64,000 bases of DNA from an uncultured Candidatus Saccharibacteria bacterium (GCA_964353135.1 CAYGTV010000002.1:1125-65124), one strand, 5' to 3'. Counted from the first letter of the stretch, positions 1 through 10,564 are shown. Notes: generated from the sequence alone by a model not told the origin. Numbers and translations are program-made.

Positions 1-137
1 GATTAAATACGCCGATAAAGTCTTGATAAGAAGCTAGCGAAGCGGACACGTCGATAAACAACCGATTTACCCAACCACCTTTTTCATGGTCGTAGAAGCC
101 TTGCGTGATACTGTCTCCAAACACTAATATATGCATA

Positions 138-704
138 TTATTCCAAGATTATCTCAACCAACTCTTGTAATGTCTCCTTTCCGAGGTGGTCTGGGATAAA
201 GTGACCAAACCCGCTAAACATCCGCACGTCTGTATTTGGAAGTGCGTCAGTAATCAATTTACGGGACATTTCTGCTTTGTCAGAATCATTGTCGCTGGTC
301 ATCACGACCAGCTGTGTGCGGTCAGTGATAGTCGGGTCAATATCAAACTCACAAAAACCAGTTTCGTTACTACGTAGTGGATCAAGTGACGGAGCAACCA
401 AAATCACTCGCGCTGGCGTTGCGTTTTGGTTCTCACTCAACCACCGCACCAAAAATCCCCCACCCATACTATGTCCAACTAACATCGTCTCGGGAGTGAC
501 ATCAAACCGTTCAAATTCTCGCTTCCAGCTTTCATACTCTGGTGCATACGCATGGGGCATTTCTGGCACATTGGGCATGATGTCTCGGGTCAGCAACTGG
601 TTCTGTAGCCACGGAATCCAACCAAAATTACTAGATGTATACCCATCCCGATCATAGTAGTTTTCTTTTGATGGCTTCCCGTGAATAATGATGACGTTTT
701 TCAT
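138..704 (-). CDS. alpha/beta hydrolase, serine-hydrolase (YdeN/RBBP9-like) family
   Basis: ORF 138..716. GHSMGG nucleophile-elbow motif in a ~190 aa protein. Track start is TTG at 716; an ATG at 704 gives MKNVIIIHG. Confidence 0.55.
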   Translation of the reverse strand: MKNVIIIHGKPSKENYYDRDGYTSSNFGWIPWLQNQLLTRDIMPNVPEMPHAYAPEYESWKREFERFDVTPETMLVGHSMGGGFLVRWLSENQNATPARVILVAPSLDPLRSNETGFCEFDIDPTITDRTQLVVMTSDNDSDKAEMSRKLITDALPNTDVRMFSGFGHFIPDHLGKETLQELVEIILE

Positions 705-705
705 A

Positions 706-1251
706 TTAATCTTCAATTAGCTTAACCAACAATGGAAACTCTTCACAGACATCTTCGTATTCATCAGTACCAAAGTGCATACCTCCAGAAACGATCACCT
801 GGGTTCCACCGAGAATATCCATCATCAATCTCCCCTGCTTGTCGTCACAGTTATATGGGTCATTATCAGAATTTACAAAAATAAATTCCTGACAATTATT
901 TTTAATAGTGTCCCAGTCATATGAATCTTGAAGCATTGGATCAACTCCAAAACCAATATCTTCTATAAAACCAGCAACCAGCACGGCTTTTTTAATTTGA
1001 ACTGGTGACTCTTCGATCAAACTAATGATGAGTGGACACCCAGACGAGTGACCAACTAAAATAGTGTCAGGAGTAAGTTCAACCTGCTCATTTACGTAAT
1101 CCAACCACCGCTCCAGGTCAAGATCCTCTGGATCAGGAATATCTGGAGAAATCACGTCCCAACCTTTTTTTCTAAACTTCTCTGCCACATAGGGTAGCCA
1201 ATTGTCCAGACTAGAAGCATGGTCACCGTGTATGAGAACTAACTGACTCAT
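706..1251 (-). CDS. alpha/beta hydrolase, tandem paralog of the upstream gene
   Basis: ORF 706..1377. Internal ATG at 1251 (MSQLVLIHGDH...) abuts the MetRS stop at 1253. GHSSG motif. Confidence 0.55.
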   Translation of the reverse strand: MSQLVLIHGDHASSLDNWLPYVAEKFRKKGWDVISPDIPDPEDLDLERWLDYVNEQVELTPDTILVGHSSGCPLIISLIEESPVQIKKAVLVAGFIEDIGFGVDPMLQDSYDWDTIKNNCQEFIFVNSDNDPYNCDDKQGRLMMDILGGTQVIVSGGMHFGTDEYEDVCEEFPLLVKLIED

Positions 1252-1252
1252 A

Positions 1253-2683
1253 TTAACTCTCCAAACGATTAAACAAGTTCTCTGGTTTCTGGTTGGCTTT
1301 GACTGCTTCGCGGATGATGACACTGGTTTCTGGCATAGCTGGTAGCAGCAGTCGTCCAATATGAATGAGACGCTCACGTAGGTTCACCAAGATGTTTTTA
1401 GCAGCTAGCTCGTCTGTCTTGATCAACTTAAACGGTTCAGTAGCAGCGATTATTTCGTCGAGTTCTTGGATCTGGGTCCAGACATGATCCATCGCGTGCT
1501 GGAAATCAAGCAAGTATGGAGCGTCAATGGTGCTAGCATCCATTGGTTCAAAGGTAGCAGGCTCGAGGTGCTGCTCACACATTTTCATAATCCGCGCCGT
1601 CAGGTTCCCTAGCCCATTTACCAAGTTCGCCGTGTAGTACTCGTCCATTTTCTCCCAGGTCAGGTCAGAATCATCTACCGGGTGCACGTGACGCAGGAGG
1701 ATGTATCGCGCCGCATCTGTTCCGTACCGATCAACCATTTCTTGTGGAGCAATTACATTCCCTAGACTCTTACTCATTTTTTGCCCGCCACTGTTGATGA
1801 AGCCGTGATAAAACACCTGATCAGTTGCTTTAACCCCCGCACTTTTTAGCATCGCTTGCCACATGATGGACTGGAAGCGTACCTGGTCTTTACCTGCCAG
1901 CTGTAGCGTGTGTCCACCTTCCCAGTATGTAGCAAAATTACCTTGAGTGTCGGCAGGCCAACCCAGGGTACTTATGTAGTTAGTTAATGCGTCAAACCAC
2001 ACGTACATCACGTGGTCGTCGTCCCCAGGCACAGGAATCCCCCAGTCCATACGATCTTTTTGACGTGAGATTGAGAAGTCTTCGAGGCCTCCTTTCACAA
2101 AATTCAAGGCTTCCTGGCGGCGCCATTCTGGCACGATCACCCCCTCTTTTGACAGGTACTCTTCCAGGTATTGTTGGTAGTTAGATAGTTTAAAGAAATA
2201 GTTTTCTTCTTCTACCTCTTGCAGTTCCATGTTGGGATGGTTTGGGCATTTTCCATCAACCAGCTCTGATTCTTTCATAAACATCTCGTCCCCCACGCAA
2301 TACAGGCCTTTGTAGGTTTTTTTGTAGATGTCACCAGCAGCTTCGCAGCGTTTCCAGATTTCTTGGGCAGCTGCTTTGTGTTGTTCGTCCGTAGTTCGGA
2401 CAAAGTTGTCGTACGATAAGTTGAGAGACTTTTTTAGAGTTTCAAAACTAGCTGCGTAGCGATCAACGTATGCTTGACGATCAACTCCTTCACTATCAGC
2501 CTTTTCAGCGATTTTTTGACCATGTTCGTCTGTTCCAGTGTTATAAAACACATCCTCACCGATCAGGCGCCAATACCGAGCCAAGGTATCTGATTGCACC
2601 ATTTCAAGCGCAAATCCAATGTGCGGATCGGCGTTAACATACGGCAAGGTGGTAGTGATGTATTTAGGGGTTTTCTCTGACAT
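1253..2683 (-). CDS. metG: methionyl-tRNA synthetase (short form)
   Basis: YITTTLPYVNADPHIGF (MetRS N-terminal pattern with HIGF in place of HIGH). KMSKS motif present. ATG at 2683; track start at 2689 is TTG. Confidence 0.75.
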   Translation of the reverse strand: MSEKTPKYITTTLPYVNADPHIGFALEMVQSDTLARYWRLIGEDVFYNTGTDEHGQKIAEKADSEGVDRQAYVDRYAASFETLKKSLNLSYDNFVRTTDEQHKAAAQEIWKRCEAAGDIYKKTYKGLYCVGDEMFMKESELVDGKCPNHPNMELQEVEEENYFFKLSNYQQYLEEYLSKEGVIVPEWRRQEALNFVKGGLEDFSISRQKDRMDWGIPVPGDDDHVMYVWFDALTNYISTLGWPADTQGNFATYWEGGHTLQLAGKDQVRFQSIMWQAMLKSAGVKATDQVFYHGFINSGGQKMSKSLGNVIAPQEMVDRYGTDAARYILLRHVHPVDDSDLTWEKMDEYYTANLVNGLGNLTARIMKMCEQHLEPATFEPMDASTIDAPYLLDFQHAMDHVWTQIQELDEIIAATEPFKLIKTDELAAKNILVNLRERLIHIGRLLLPAMPETSVIIREAVKANQKPENLFNRLES

Positions 2684-2726
2684 AGTCAAATAAATGTACC
2701 ACTACCGTGTAAATAAAAAAAGCGAC

Positions 2727-2753
2727 CGACCCCAGGGAAGGATCGGTCTACTA
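2727..2753 (-). terminator. hairpin plus T-run downstream of the 93-aa gene
   Basis: gaccga...tcggtc stem. On the minus strand it is followed by TTTTTTTATTT. Confidence 0.45.
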
Positions 2754-2755
2754 AA

Positions 2756-3037
2756 TTAGCCCAACTCAAAGTCGTCTGGGTTGAAGTCTGCGGCTTTAAG
2801 TGCGGATCGTGATTGCTCCTCTGTCCAGCCAGCTACATTCTTGAGTTGCGTAAGAACACCTTTGATATAGGTATGGGCACAATCGCCATCACCCATAGCA
2901 CAACCTGAATCCTTCAGATCAGCAAGGCTTTTTCGAAGAGCATGCCCATCCAAAGTCCCTTCTCTTGCCAAATGGACATGAAATCCTTTGCCTTCTAACC
3001 ATTTGTCTACCGCCTGGAAAAATACAGAACCTGCCAT
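2756..3037 (-). CDS. hypothetical protein (93 aa)
   Basis: ATG at 3037 preceded by a GAGGAGG Shine-Dalgarno. Has its own terminator. No motif recognised. Confidence 0.5.
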   Translation of the reverse strand: MAGSVFFQAVDKWLEGKGFHVHLAREGTLDGHALRKSLADLKDSGCAMGDGDCAHTYIKGVLTQLKNVAGWTEEQSRSALKAADFNPDDFELG

Positions 3038-3083
3038 TTGGATACCTCCTCAAGGTTTATTTTGGCCCAAACCGAGAATACCC

Positions 3084-4460
3084 TTATTTCAAAAATTCGA
3101 CAAGTTCGGCAATCGCCACACGTTGTTGTTCCCCGGTATCACGGTCACGGACTGTCACGGTGTCAGCTAGGTCGGGAGCTTCTTGACCGAGTGTTTCAAA
3201 GTCGATTACAACACAATTCGGCGTACCGATTTCATCCTGACGACGGTATCGTTTCCCTACGTTACCGTTATCATCCCAGGCGACATTTCCAAATTCCTTT
3301 TTCAGCAGCGAAAATACTTCGCGGGCTTTGGCGACTAGCTGGGGTTTATTTTTAAGCAGCGGAGAGACCGCCACGCGGTATGGGGCAAGATGTGCGGGCA
3401 GCTTTAGGAATACCCGGGTATCGTCTCCCATTTGGTCTTCGGTATACGCTTCGCAGAGAACGGCAGTCATTGCGCGGCCAATTCCAAATGATGGTTCTAG
3501 TACGTGTGGGATAAACGGTGCTCCTTCGACCGGTGTGTAGCGTAGCTTAACCCCACTTGCTTCCTCGTGACTTTTCAGGTCATGATCAGTTCGGTACGCA
3601 AACCCAGCTAGCTCGTCAAAGCCTTTCCCTGGATAGTTGTATTCAAAATCGATTGTTCGTTTGCTGTAGTGTGCGAGGTCGTTTTCTGGAACTTCGAATT
3701 CTCGAATGTTTTCATCCGATAGACCAATGTGTGCATGCCACGCTCGGATGTCTACGAGCATTTTTTCATATTCTGTTTTCCAATCTTCTTCTTTAACAAA
3801 ATATTCAATCTCCATTTGTTCAAACTCACGCACGCGGAACAACCACTCTCGTGGAGCAATTTCGTTTCGAAATGCCTTTCCAATCTGAGCGATACCAAAC
3901 GGCAGTTTTGGTGACATTGTATCAACCACGTTTTTAAAGTTCACAAAGATTCCTTGGGCCGTCTCCGGCCTCAGGTAGGACTTGTACTTTCCTTCGGCTC
4001 CAACCATAGTTTCAAACATCAGGTTGAAATCTTTGATATCGGACAGCTCATTGCCAGCTGGGCTTTTTATAGCATTTTCTTTGATCAACACGTCCATCTC
4101 TTGTGCAGTTAGACCCTCTGCTTCAATACCGTGGTCTTTGAGAAGATGGTCTGCGCGAAACCGTTCTCCGGTTTTTATGTCTTCAATCAAAGGGTCAGAA
4201 AAGCCCGCTCCTGTGTGACCACTAGCTTCCCACACTCGTTCATTCATTAAAATCGCTGCATCGAGTCCGTACATATCTTCGCGTCCATCAACAAACATTT
4301 TCCACCATTCTGATTTAAGGCGGTTGTTGAGAGCTACACCTAGTGGACCTAAGTCCCAAGTTCCTTTTAGCCCTCCATAAATATCACTCCCTGGAAATAC
4401 GAAACCGCGCCGCTTAGCGAGCGCTACTACTTTTTCCATCGTGTCAGAATTCTGTGTCAT
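3084..4460 (-). CDS. glyQS: glycyl-tRNA synthetase, dimeric alpha2 type
   Basis: N-terminus RRGFVFPGSDIYGGLKGTWDLGPLG and KAFRNEIAPRE-type class II motifs. 458 aa. ATG at 4460. Confidence 0.85.
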   Translation of the reverse strand: MTQNSDTMEKVVALAKRRGFVFPGSDIYGGLKGTWDLGPLGVALNNRLKSEWWKMFVDGREDMYGLDAAILMNERVWEASGHTGAGFSDPLIEDIKTGERFRADHLLKDHGIEAEGLTAQEMDVLIKENAIKSPAGNELSDIKDFNLMFETMVGAEGKYKSYLRPETAQGIFVNFKNVVDTMSPKLPFGIAQIGKAFRNEIAPREWLFRVREFEQMEIEYFVKEEDWKTEYEKMLVDIRAWHAHIGLSDENIREFEVPENDLAHYSKRTIDFEYNYPGKGFDELAGFAYRTDHDLKSHEEASGVKLRYTPVEGAPFIPHVLEPSFGIGRAMTAVLCEAYTEDQMGDDTRVFLKLPAHLAPYRVAVSPLLKNKPQLVAKAREVFSLLKKEFGNVAWDDNGNVGKRYRRQDEIGTPNCVVIDFETLGQEAPDLADTVTVRDRDTGEQQRVAIAELVEFLK

Positions 4461-4472
4461 AAATGTGTTGGA

Positions 4473-6365
4473 TTAAGGAATGACTCGGCCGTTACCTTCT
4501 TCAAACCCTGCCTCAGTCGAAAGTTCAGTGTACACCGGGTCTGCTACCGCTTGCAAGCGGGTGCCGGTAAATCGATCTGTTGCCCGCATAGTTTGTCGCT
4601 GGATTAAGACCGGAGTACTTCCAACCTGCGATGAACTAGGAGTAACACTCACCTGGAACGATACCTCTTTGCGTGTCCCAGATGGGATATTCCCAGCATT
4701 CCACTGTAGTTGCTGTGAGACGGTGTTGTATGTCAGCTCTCCTTCGCCCTGAATGCTATCACGCCAATTAACGTAAATTGGTAATTTTGTTTCTATAGCT
4801 GCGTCCGTCAGATCATTTACACCAGCTTCGGCCACCAGTGTAACAACGTAGCTGGTAGTTTGACCCACTTGCGGTGGGATTGTGCCCAACTGTGTAAACA
4901 AGGTGCCTCTGCTAGCCTGGCTACCCAGGAAAATAGTTGAGTCATATTTTGCCTCTATGAGCGTAGTACCAACCAGCTGTTCAGCCGCGCCTGGCTCTGC
5001 TACTCGACGAGCATATACGTTGATTGCCACATCATACGAGGCTGTCGGCTGAATACCTGATGGTGACACAGTAAAGTTTAATCGGCGGCTTTCACCTGGA
5101 CCAACGGAGGCAAATGAATTGTTGTTTGCTACCTGCCACCTGATTGTCCCTGAGTTTGAATCAAAGAACCCATTTGTCCCCTGGATTGACTGCTCGTTTA
5201 GTACATTGCCTCCTGGCACGACTTCTACCATCAAATCATAGATCGTATTATTTAACGTATTTGTGATTTCAAGCTCAACCCGAGAATTTTTTCCTTCTTC
5301 TAGAATCGCACTGGTTGTCTCTTCCCCATCGATTTTTGTGGTAATTCCAATAAACGGGCTTTCGATCTTGAAATCAGCATCCGCTTCGGCCAAGAGAGAG
5401 CCAACAATAAACGGATCGTTTGTTTGGGCTGGCCCAAGATCAAAGTTAATTCGCAATGATTCATCTGAAAAGCCAGTCACTACACCTCGCAATCGAATTT
5501 TCACTTGCTCTTCTGGCAAGAGCTCATCGATACTCCACACAGTATTTCCAAACACCGGAGCAGGCTCGGCCGATTCAAAACGGAAACTATTTGGATACGA
5601 GGCACTAATCAGTAGGTCGCGCTGCGGAGCGGATGCATTTGAAACAACTGTCAGTTCAATGTCCACTATTTGCCCAGAGGAAACTTTATCCACGCTATTG
5701 ACCCGCAATACAATCGGTGAAGAACTGATACTGAATCCGTACGGAGTGGCTTCTTTGTAAAATACACTATTTGACCCAGCTACCCGGTACTCGATCGTGG
5801 CGGTAATCTGTTGCTCGGCTTGTTCCTCCCCAAAAACAACCACTTGCAGCGGTATATTTTCAACCGAACCAGGGGTGATCTCTGCAACTGGAATGCGCTC
5901 CTCAAAAATCGTCCGGGGAATTTCACCAACCGAGCGAGTTCCTTGGGGATACTTTAGAATAAGAGTCGCTGACTCCATCGGGACGGTATTTTGGTTACTT
6001 ATCTCAACAGCAAAATTCAACACTTCACCACCACCCACGTTTAATGGCCCGTCGATAGACAGGGCTATGTTGTCACTCGAAATTTCATTGCCACCCAGGT
6101 ACAAATACAGCGTCGACAGTCCGGCACCAAATACAAAAATCAGTAGACTAATTGCGAGAATATATAGACGATATCGCCGTTTTGGTTTCTCGATTTTTTC
6201 CTGTGGAATTTCTGGTTCAGGGGTATAGATTTCCCAGTTACGAGCAACATCAACCGGTGTATCGGTCAATCCATGGCGCTCAACTGACTGCTGGGCACTC
6301 GAACGGTCGTACAGTTTTTGCCGCATCTCATCTAACTTTTCTTGGTCGTACAGATCCTCCTTCAT
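4473..6365 (-). CDS. membrane-anchored extracellular repeat protein
   Basis: N-terminal cytoplasmic segment, one TM (LYILAISLLIFVFGAGL), then ~500 aa of Thr/Ser/Gly-rich beta-type sequence. ATG at 6365; track start is GTG. Confidence 0.55.
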   Translation of the reverse strand: MKEDLYDQEKLDEMRQKLYDRSSAQQSVERHGLTDTPVDVARNWEIYTPEPEIPQEKIEKPKRRYRLYILAISLLIFVFGAGLSTLYLYLGGNEISSDNIALSIDGPLNVGGGEVLNFAVEISNQNTVPMESATLILKYPQGTRSVGEIPRTIFEERIPVAEITPGSVENIPLQVVVFGEEQAEQQITATIEYRVAGSNSVFYKEATPYGFSISSSPIVLRVNSVDKVSSGQIVDIELTVVSNASAPQRDLLISASYPNSFRFESAEPAPVFGNTVWSIDELLPEEQVKIRLRGVVTGFSDESLRINFDLGPAQTNDPFIVGSLLAEADADFKIESPFIGITTKIDGEETTSAILEEGKNSRVELEITNTLNNTIYDLMVEVVPGGNVLNEQSIQGTNGFFDSNSGTIRWQVANNNSFASVGPGESRRLNFTVSPSGIQPTASYDVAINVYARRVAEPGAAEQLVGTTLIEAKYDSTIFLGSQASRGTLFTQLGTIPPQVGQTTSYVVTLVAEAGVNDLTDAAIETKLPIYVNWRDSIQGEGELTYNTVSQQLQWNAGNIPSGTRKEVSFQVSVTPSSSQVGSTPVLIQRQTMRATDRFTGTRLQAVADPVYTELSTEAGFEEGNGRVIP

Positions 6366-6398
6366 AATCACTAGTATAACACCAGTTTTTTAACAAGG

Positions 6399-6977
6399 TT
6401 ACAATTGACTAGCATTTTGTGCTCGCTCGATACTAAGAGCAACTGTTTTATCGGCACTACACACCTGCGCTGGGTCAATATCAGCCAGCAAAATACCCTT
6501 GAACTGCGGTGGCACATCACTTGTCCTGATATATCCAAGCTGAGCTAGGATTCGCTGAATACACACATGTTCATAACACGTACGCTCAAGACAATCGGCC
6601 GAAAAGAATTCCAGGGCTGCTACATATTCATCAAATAACGCCTCGTGGGTTTCCTCTCCGGCAAGAAACCTTCGTAGCAGCCGTACTAACTTGACCACAC
6701 TCCCACGCGCGGCCTGATCGGTAGCTGCGCTGTAGTAGTTTTTTATCTCAGTGACACTACCGATCTTCCATCCACCTTTTCCTCGCACCAGCGATACTTT
6801 GATATGAGCAAAGTCCGACAGCGCCTGGCGTTGCTTGGAATTTTCTTTTCGCACACTGCGGGCATCAGCGTACAACATCCCCAACTCACGCGTAAACAAC
6901 CGATAGCTTCTATCGGTTGTATTGCGATCGTAGGTCCCACATACAATCGCTTCGGTTGTATAGGTTACATATGACAT
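6399..6977 (-). CDS. recO: DNA repair protein RecO (short)
   Basis: N-terminal OB-fold-like region and RLLRRFL helix pattern typical of RecO. 192 aa. Confidence 0.5.
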   Translation of the reverse strand: MSYVTYTTEAIVCGTYDRNTTDRSYRLFTRELGMLYADARSVRKENSKQRQALSDFAHIKVSLVRGKGGWKIGSVTEIKNYYSAATDQAARGSVVKLVRLLRRFLAGEETHEALFDEYVAALEFFSADCLERTCYEHVCIQRILAQLGYIRTSDVPPQFKGILLADIDPAQVCSADKTVALSIERAQNASQL

Positions 6978-7021
6978 ATACTCATCAGCGCTGCTTCACT
7001 TTTGTGATCAGTTTTGTCACT

Positions 7022-10000
7022 TTACCCAATAGAAAATTTAAATGACATACTGTCTGCAGCTACCTCTTCTCCATCAGTGTCGGCAAACTGTAGACTTGTT
7101 GCGCCGACAGTTTTTTGTAGTAACTCTTGGTTAGCTTCGATAGCTGCTTTCCCTGCTTCGCTAGTCTGCACGGTTAAGATAATTTCGTCCTGTGGTTCTA
7201 GTCCGTCAGTTTTTCGCTTAGCTTGGACCGCTCGCATCAGCTCTCGCACTGCCCCTTCGGCGATTAGTTCCGGTGTTAGTTCCGTATCAATCCCAACGGT
7301 ATCAGCCACCCCATAGTCCTTGGCGTTGAGTTCATCGAGCACTACTTGTAGAAGACCTTCTGGCAGTTCAGGGCCAAACACTGCAGCAATTGGCTGCCGG
7401 ACTTTGATACCTGATTTGGTGCGTGCTTCCAGCGCCATCGTGACGATGTTTCGCGTCTCGACCATTTTCTCCAGCAAGTCTTCGTTTACCATTCCTTCGG
7501 TTGGCCAGGCGGCTAGGTGAACGCTTTCGGCGTCATCTTCTTCTCTGATTGCTCGCCAGAGATAATCAGCGTAAAACGGCATCGATGGGGCGATAGTTAG
7601 TGATAGTGTTCGAAGTACGTGTCGCAAGGTAGCCAGGGCGAGTGTTCGGTCGACGGCGTCTTCCCCTTTGAATCGATCTCGCGAACGACGCAGGTACCAG
7701 ACTGACAGATCGTCAATAAAGTCATTGATTGGTCGGGTAGCTTTATCCAGTTCGTACGATTTGTAGCCAGCAGTTGATTCATTCACCAACTGTTGCAACC
7801 GCGCCACGATCCATTGATCGAGCACATTTGATGAGTCACCGCGTGCTTCGGTTCCGTCAGCAAACATTTCATACATCGCCAGCACGTTGTGTAGTCGGCC
7901 GATGTTTTTTCGCTGCAGTTCCAGCACTTCTTTCTCTGAGAAGTTAAGGTCTTCCCCCCGCATGATTGGTGACGAGAGTAGGTAGAGTCGCATTGCGTCG
8001 ACTCCAGTGCGATCTGCCAGATCCATCGGGTCTGGGTAATTCTGCAATTTTTTAGACATTTTCTTGCCGTCCTCGGCCAGCACGAGACCGTTTACAATTA
8101 CGTTTTCATACGGTGATTTTCCAAACAAAGCAGTACCTAGTACGATCAATGAATAGAACCAACCTCGAGTTTGGTCGAGACCTTCAGCAATAAATTGAGC
8201 CGGCAAACCAACCCCATTTTCTGGTTCAAAGTCTGACTGAGCTTCACCCATAAAGTGTCGCTGACCGTATGGCATTGACCCACTTTCAAACCAACAGTCA
8301 AAGACGTCTAGCACCCGTTCCAACCTCACGCCACCTTCTTCCAGTACAACATCATCGATATACGGCCGATGAAAATCGAGCTCGTAGTTGTCGTTGTGTG
8401 GCAGCGGCGTGAAATCGAGTTTCTCCCATTGCGCATTTTCGAAGTACCGTCCACTATCGTAGTCAGCCTTTTGCTGCTCTGCATTCCAACCAGCGGCAGC
8501 AGCACGCAGCGTTGCGATTGGGCCACCGTGACAGATGATCAGGATGTTCTTTCCTTGGTAATTAGGGTTTGATTCTAGACCATACAAGAATTCCCCCATA
8601 CGCTTCATCACGTCGCGCCGGTTTTCTGAGCCAGGTAGATCTTTGGTAAACCGTTCTTCCCAGGTGGCAAAATTAGCCGCGTAGTCATCATGCCAACGCT
8701 TGCCTTCAAATTCATCTGCCAAATCGTATTCACGAATGATTTCGTCGAACAGTAGAGACGTTTCTGATAGGCCAAGTTCTGTCCGAACCAGCTCTGCTGT
8801 TTGCCTAGTACGCATAAACGGTGAGGCGATGATCAGGTCGATGTTTTCACTTTTTAGTTCGACGGCGGCTCGTTTTACCTGCTCTTTTCCGGCTTCAGTT
8901 ATAGAATCATCGTTATCAATATTGGCACTGATTACTCCAGCCACATTACTCTCACTTTCACCATGGCGCATAACAAAATACTGATTCCCAGATTTGGGTA
9001 CGTATTGCTTCAGCTCTTCGAGCGAGCCAAGTACCTTATATTCACCGGTAGTTGGATTTTTCCAGATTGGCAATGGTGCGCCCCAGTATCGCTGTCGTGA
9101 CACTGCCCAGTCACGTGCCCCATCAAGCCACTTTCCAAAGCGGTTGGTTCCGACGTGCTCTGGCACCCACTTGACCTCGCTGTTATTTTTTACCAACTGG
9201 TCTTTGATGCTTGGTACGTCTACAAACCACGATGTTGTCGCGTAGTTCAGCAGTGGTGTGTCGCATCGCCAACAGTGCGGATAGCTGTGGGTAATGTTTT
9301 CTTTTTTGAAGATTACACCAGCCGCCTGGAGGGTTTTCAGTACTTCAATATCAGCATCCATGTGCCCTACCCCTGACTCGTCGTCGTCCTTTGGTTTAAC
9401 CAGCTGCCCAGCAAAGTCAGACACCCAGTCTTTAAAGTGTCCGGTATTGTCGACGTGGTGCACGATTGGCACGCCGTGAGCCTGAGCTAGTTTCATGTCG
9501 TCGTCACCGTAGGCTGGTGCGATGTGAACTGCACCTGTCCCATCCTCACCAATCTCGACGTAGTCCGCGTGACGGATCACCCAGGCATTTTCACGCCCTT
9601 CCATATCTTGCTCCCCCATCCATGGGAATGGCGGTTGGTATCGACGCCCGACCAGGTCTGCACCCTTCATTTCTTCCACCACCTCGAATTGAGTCCCGTC
9701 TAACTGTGCCAAACGACCCTTTGCCACAATCACAAATTCAGTTTTTTCTTCTGTTGTAACTTTGGCTTTTACATACGTAAATTCTTCGTTCACGGCTGCC
9801 GCTAGGTTTCCAGGCAGCGTCCACGGCGTAGTAGTCCAAACCAGCAGACTAGTGTCAGTAACAGCACCAGCGTCATCGAGCAACGGCAATTTAACCGTCA
9901 CCGCGATATCTTTGATATCTTTGTAGCCCTGGTTCACCTCAAAGTTAGACAGCGTGGTTCCACAACGCGGGCACAAGTGCATGGTTTTAAAACCTTCAAA

Positions 10001-10564
10001 CACAAGTCCTTTCTCGTGTAGCTGTTTGAACACCCACCAGACACTTTCGGTGTAGGTGCTATCCATCGTTTTATAGTCATCGTCCATGTCCGCCCAGCGC
10101 CCCATGCGCGGAATGATCTGCTTCCAATCATCCGCATACTCCATCACCGCATCACGCGCGGCTTCGTTAAAATTCTTGACCCCGTACTCTTCGATGTCGC
10201 GCTTAGTCGCAAGGCCGAGTTTCTTTTCAATCAAGTTCTCGAGCGGCAGACCATGGCAGTCCCAACCCCACTTGCGGCGTACCCGGTATCCGTTCATGGT
10301 CCAGAACCGCGGAATTGCGTCCTTGATTGTTCCTGCCAAAATGTGTCCATAGTGCGGCAGACCGGTTGCAAACGGCGGACCGTCGTAAAATACAAAATCT
10401 CCTTTAGGAGAGTCACCGGCTGGTGACACTACTGATTTATTAAAAATATCCTGTTCTTCCCAGAAAGCTTGGATCTGTTCTTCGCGCAGGGCGACTTCAC
10501 TTTTTTCAACTGCCTCAACAGTTTTTACTGAGTCGTTTTCACGACCATGTACCTTTTTATTCAT
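7022..10564 (-). CDS. ileS: isoleucyl-tRNA synthetase with an inserted histidine-phosphatase (PGAM-like) domain
   Basis: PHYGH, WDCHGLP and KMSKKL motifs; CP1 zinc knuckles. In-frame ~195-aa insert (aa ~528-720, nt ~8405..8983) carrying RHGESESN and ICHGGP histidine-phosphatase motifs. 1180 aa. ATG at 10564. Confidence 0.85.
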   Translation of the reverse strand: MNKKVHGRENDSVKTVEAVEKSEVALREEQIQAFWEEQDIFNKSVVSPAGDSPKGDFVFYDGPPFATGLPHYGHILAGTIKDAIPRFWTMNGYRVRRKWGWDCHGLPLENLIEKKLGLATKRDIEEYGVKNFNEAARDAVMEYADDWKQIIPRMGRWADMDDDYKTMDSTYTESVWWVFKQLHEKGLVFEGFKTMHLCPRCGTTLSNFEVNQGYKDIKDIAVTVKLPLLDDAGAVTDTSLLVWTTTPWTLPGNLAAAVNEEFTYVKAKVTTEEKTEFVIVAKGRLAQLDGTQFEVVEEMKGADLVGRRYQPPFPWMGEQDMEGRENAWVIRHADYVEIGEDGTGAVHIAPAYGDDDMKLAQAHGVPIVHHVDNTGHFKDWVSDFAGQLVKPKDDDESGVGHMDADIEVLKTLQAAGVIFKKENITHSYPHCWRCDTPLLNYATTSWFVDVPSIKDQLVKNNSEVKWVPEHVGTNRFGKWLDGARDWAVSRQRYWGAPLPIWKNPTTGEYKVLGSLEELKQYVPKSGNQYFVMRHGESESNVAGVISANIDNDDSITEAGKEQVKRAAVELKSENIDLIIASPFMRTRQTAELVRTELGLSETSLLFDEIIREYDLADEFEGKRWHDDYAANFATWEERFTKDLPGSENRRDVMKRMGEFLYGLESNPNYQGKNILIICHGGPIATLRAAAAGWNAEQQKADYDSGRYFENAQWEKLDFTPLPHNDNYELDFHRPYIDDVVLEEGGVRLERVLDVFDCWFESGSMPYGQRHFMGEAQSDFEPENGVGLPAQFIAEGLDQTRGWFYSLIVLGTALFGKSPYENVIVNGLVLAEDGKKMSKKLQNYPDPMDLADRTGVDAMRLYLLSSPIMRGEDLNFSEKEVLELQRKNIGRLHNVLAMYEMFADGTEARGDSSNVLDQWIVARLQQLVNESTAGYKSYELDKATRPINDFIDDLSVWYLRRSRDRFKGEDAVDRTLALATLRHVLRTLSLTIAPSMPFYADYLWRAIREEDDAESVHLAAWPTEGMVNEDLLEKMVETRNIVTMALEARTKSGIKVRQPIAAVFGPELPEGLLQVVLDELNAKDYGVADTVGIDTELTPELIAEGAVRELMRAVQAKRKTDGLEPQDEIILTVQTSEAGKAAIEANQELLQKTVGATSLQFADTDGEEVAADSMSFKFSIG

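Noticed and set aside
6743-6946. Track ORF 6743..6946 (-) and the many other short ORFs antisense or nested inside ileS, glyQS, argS, nrdA and similar genes
   Set aside because: They are fully contained in long, motif-supported genes in another frame or strand. No independent start signals.
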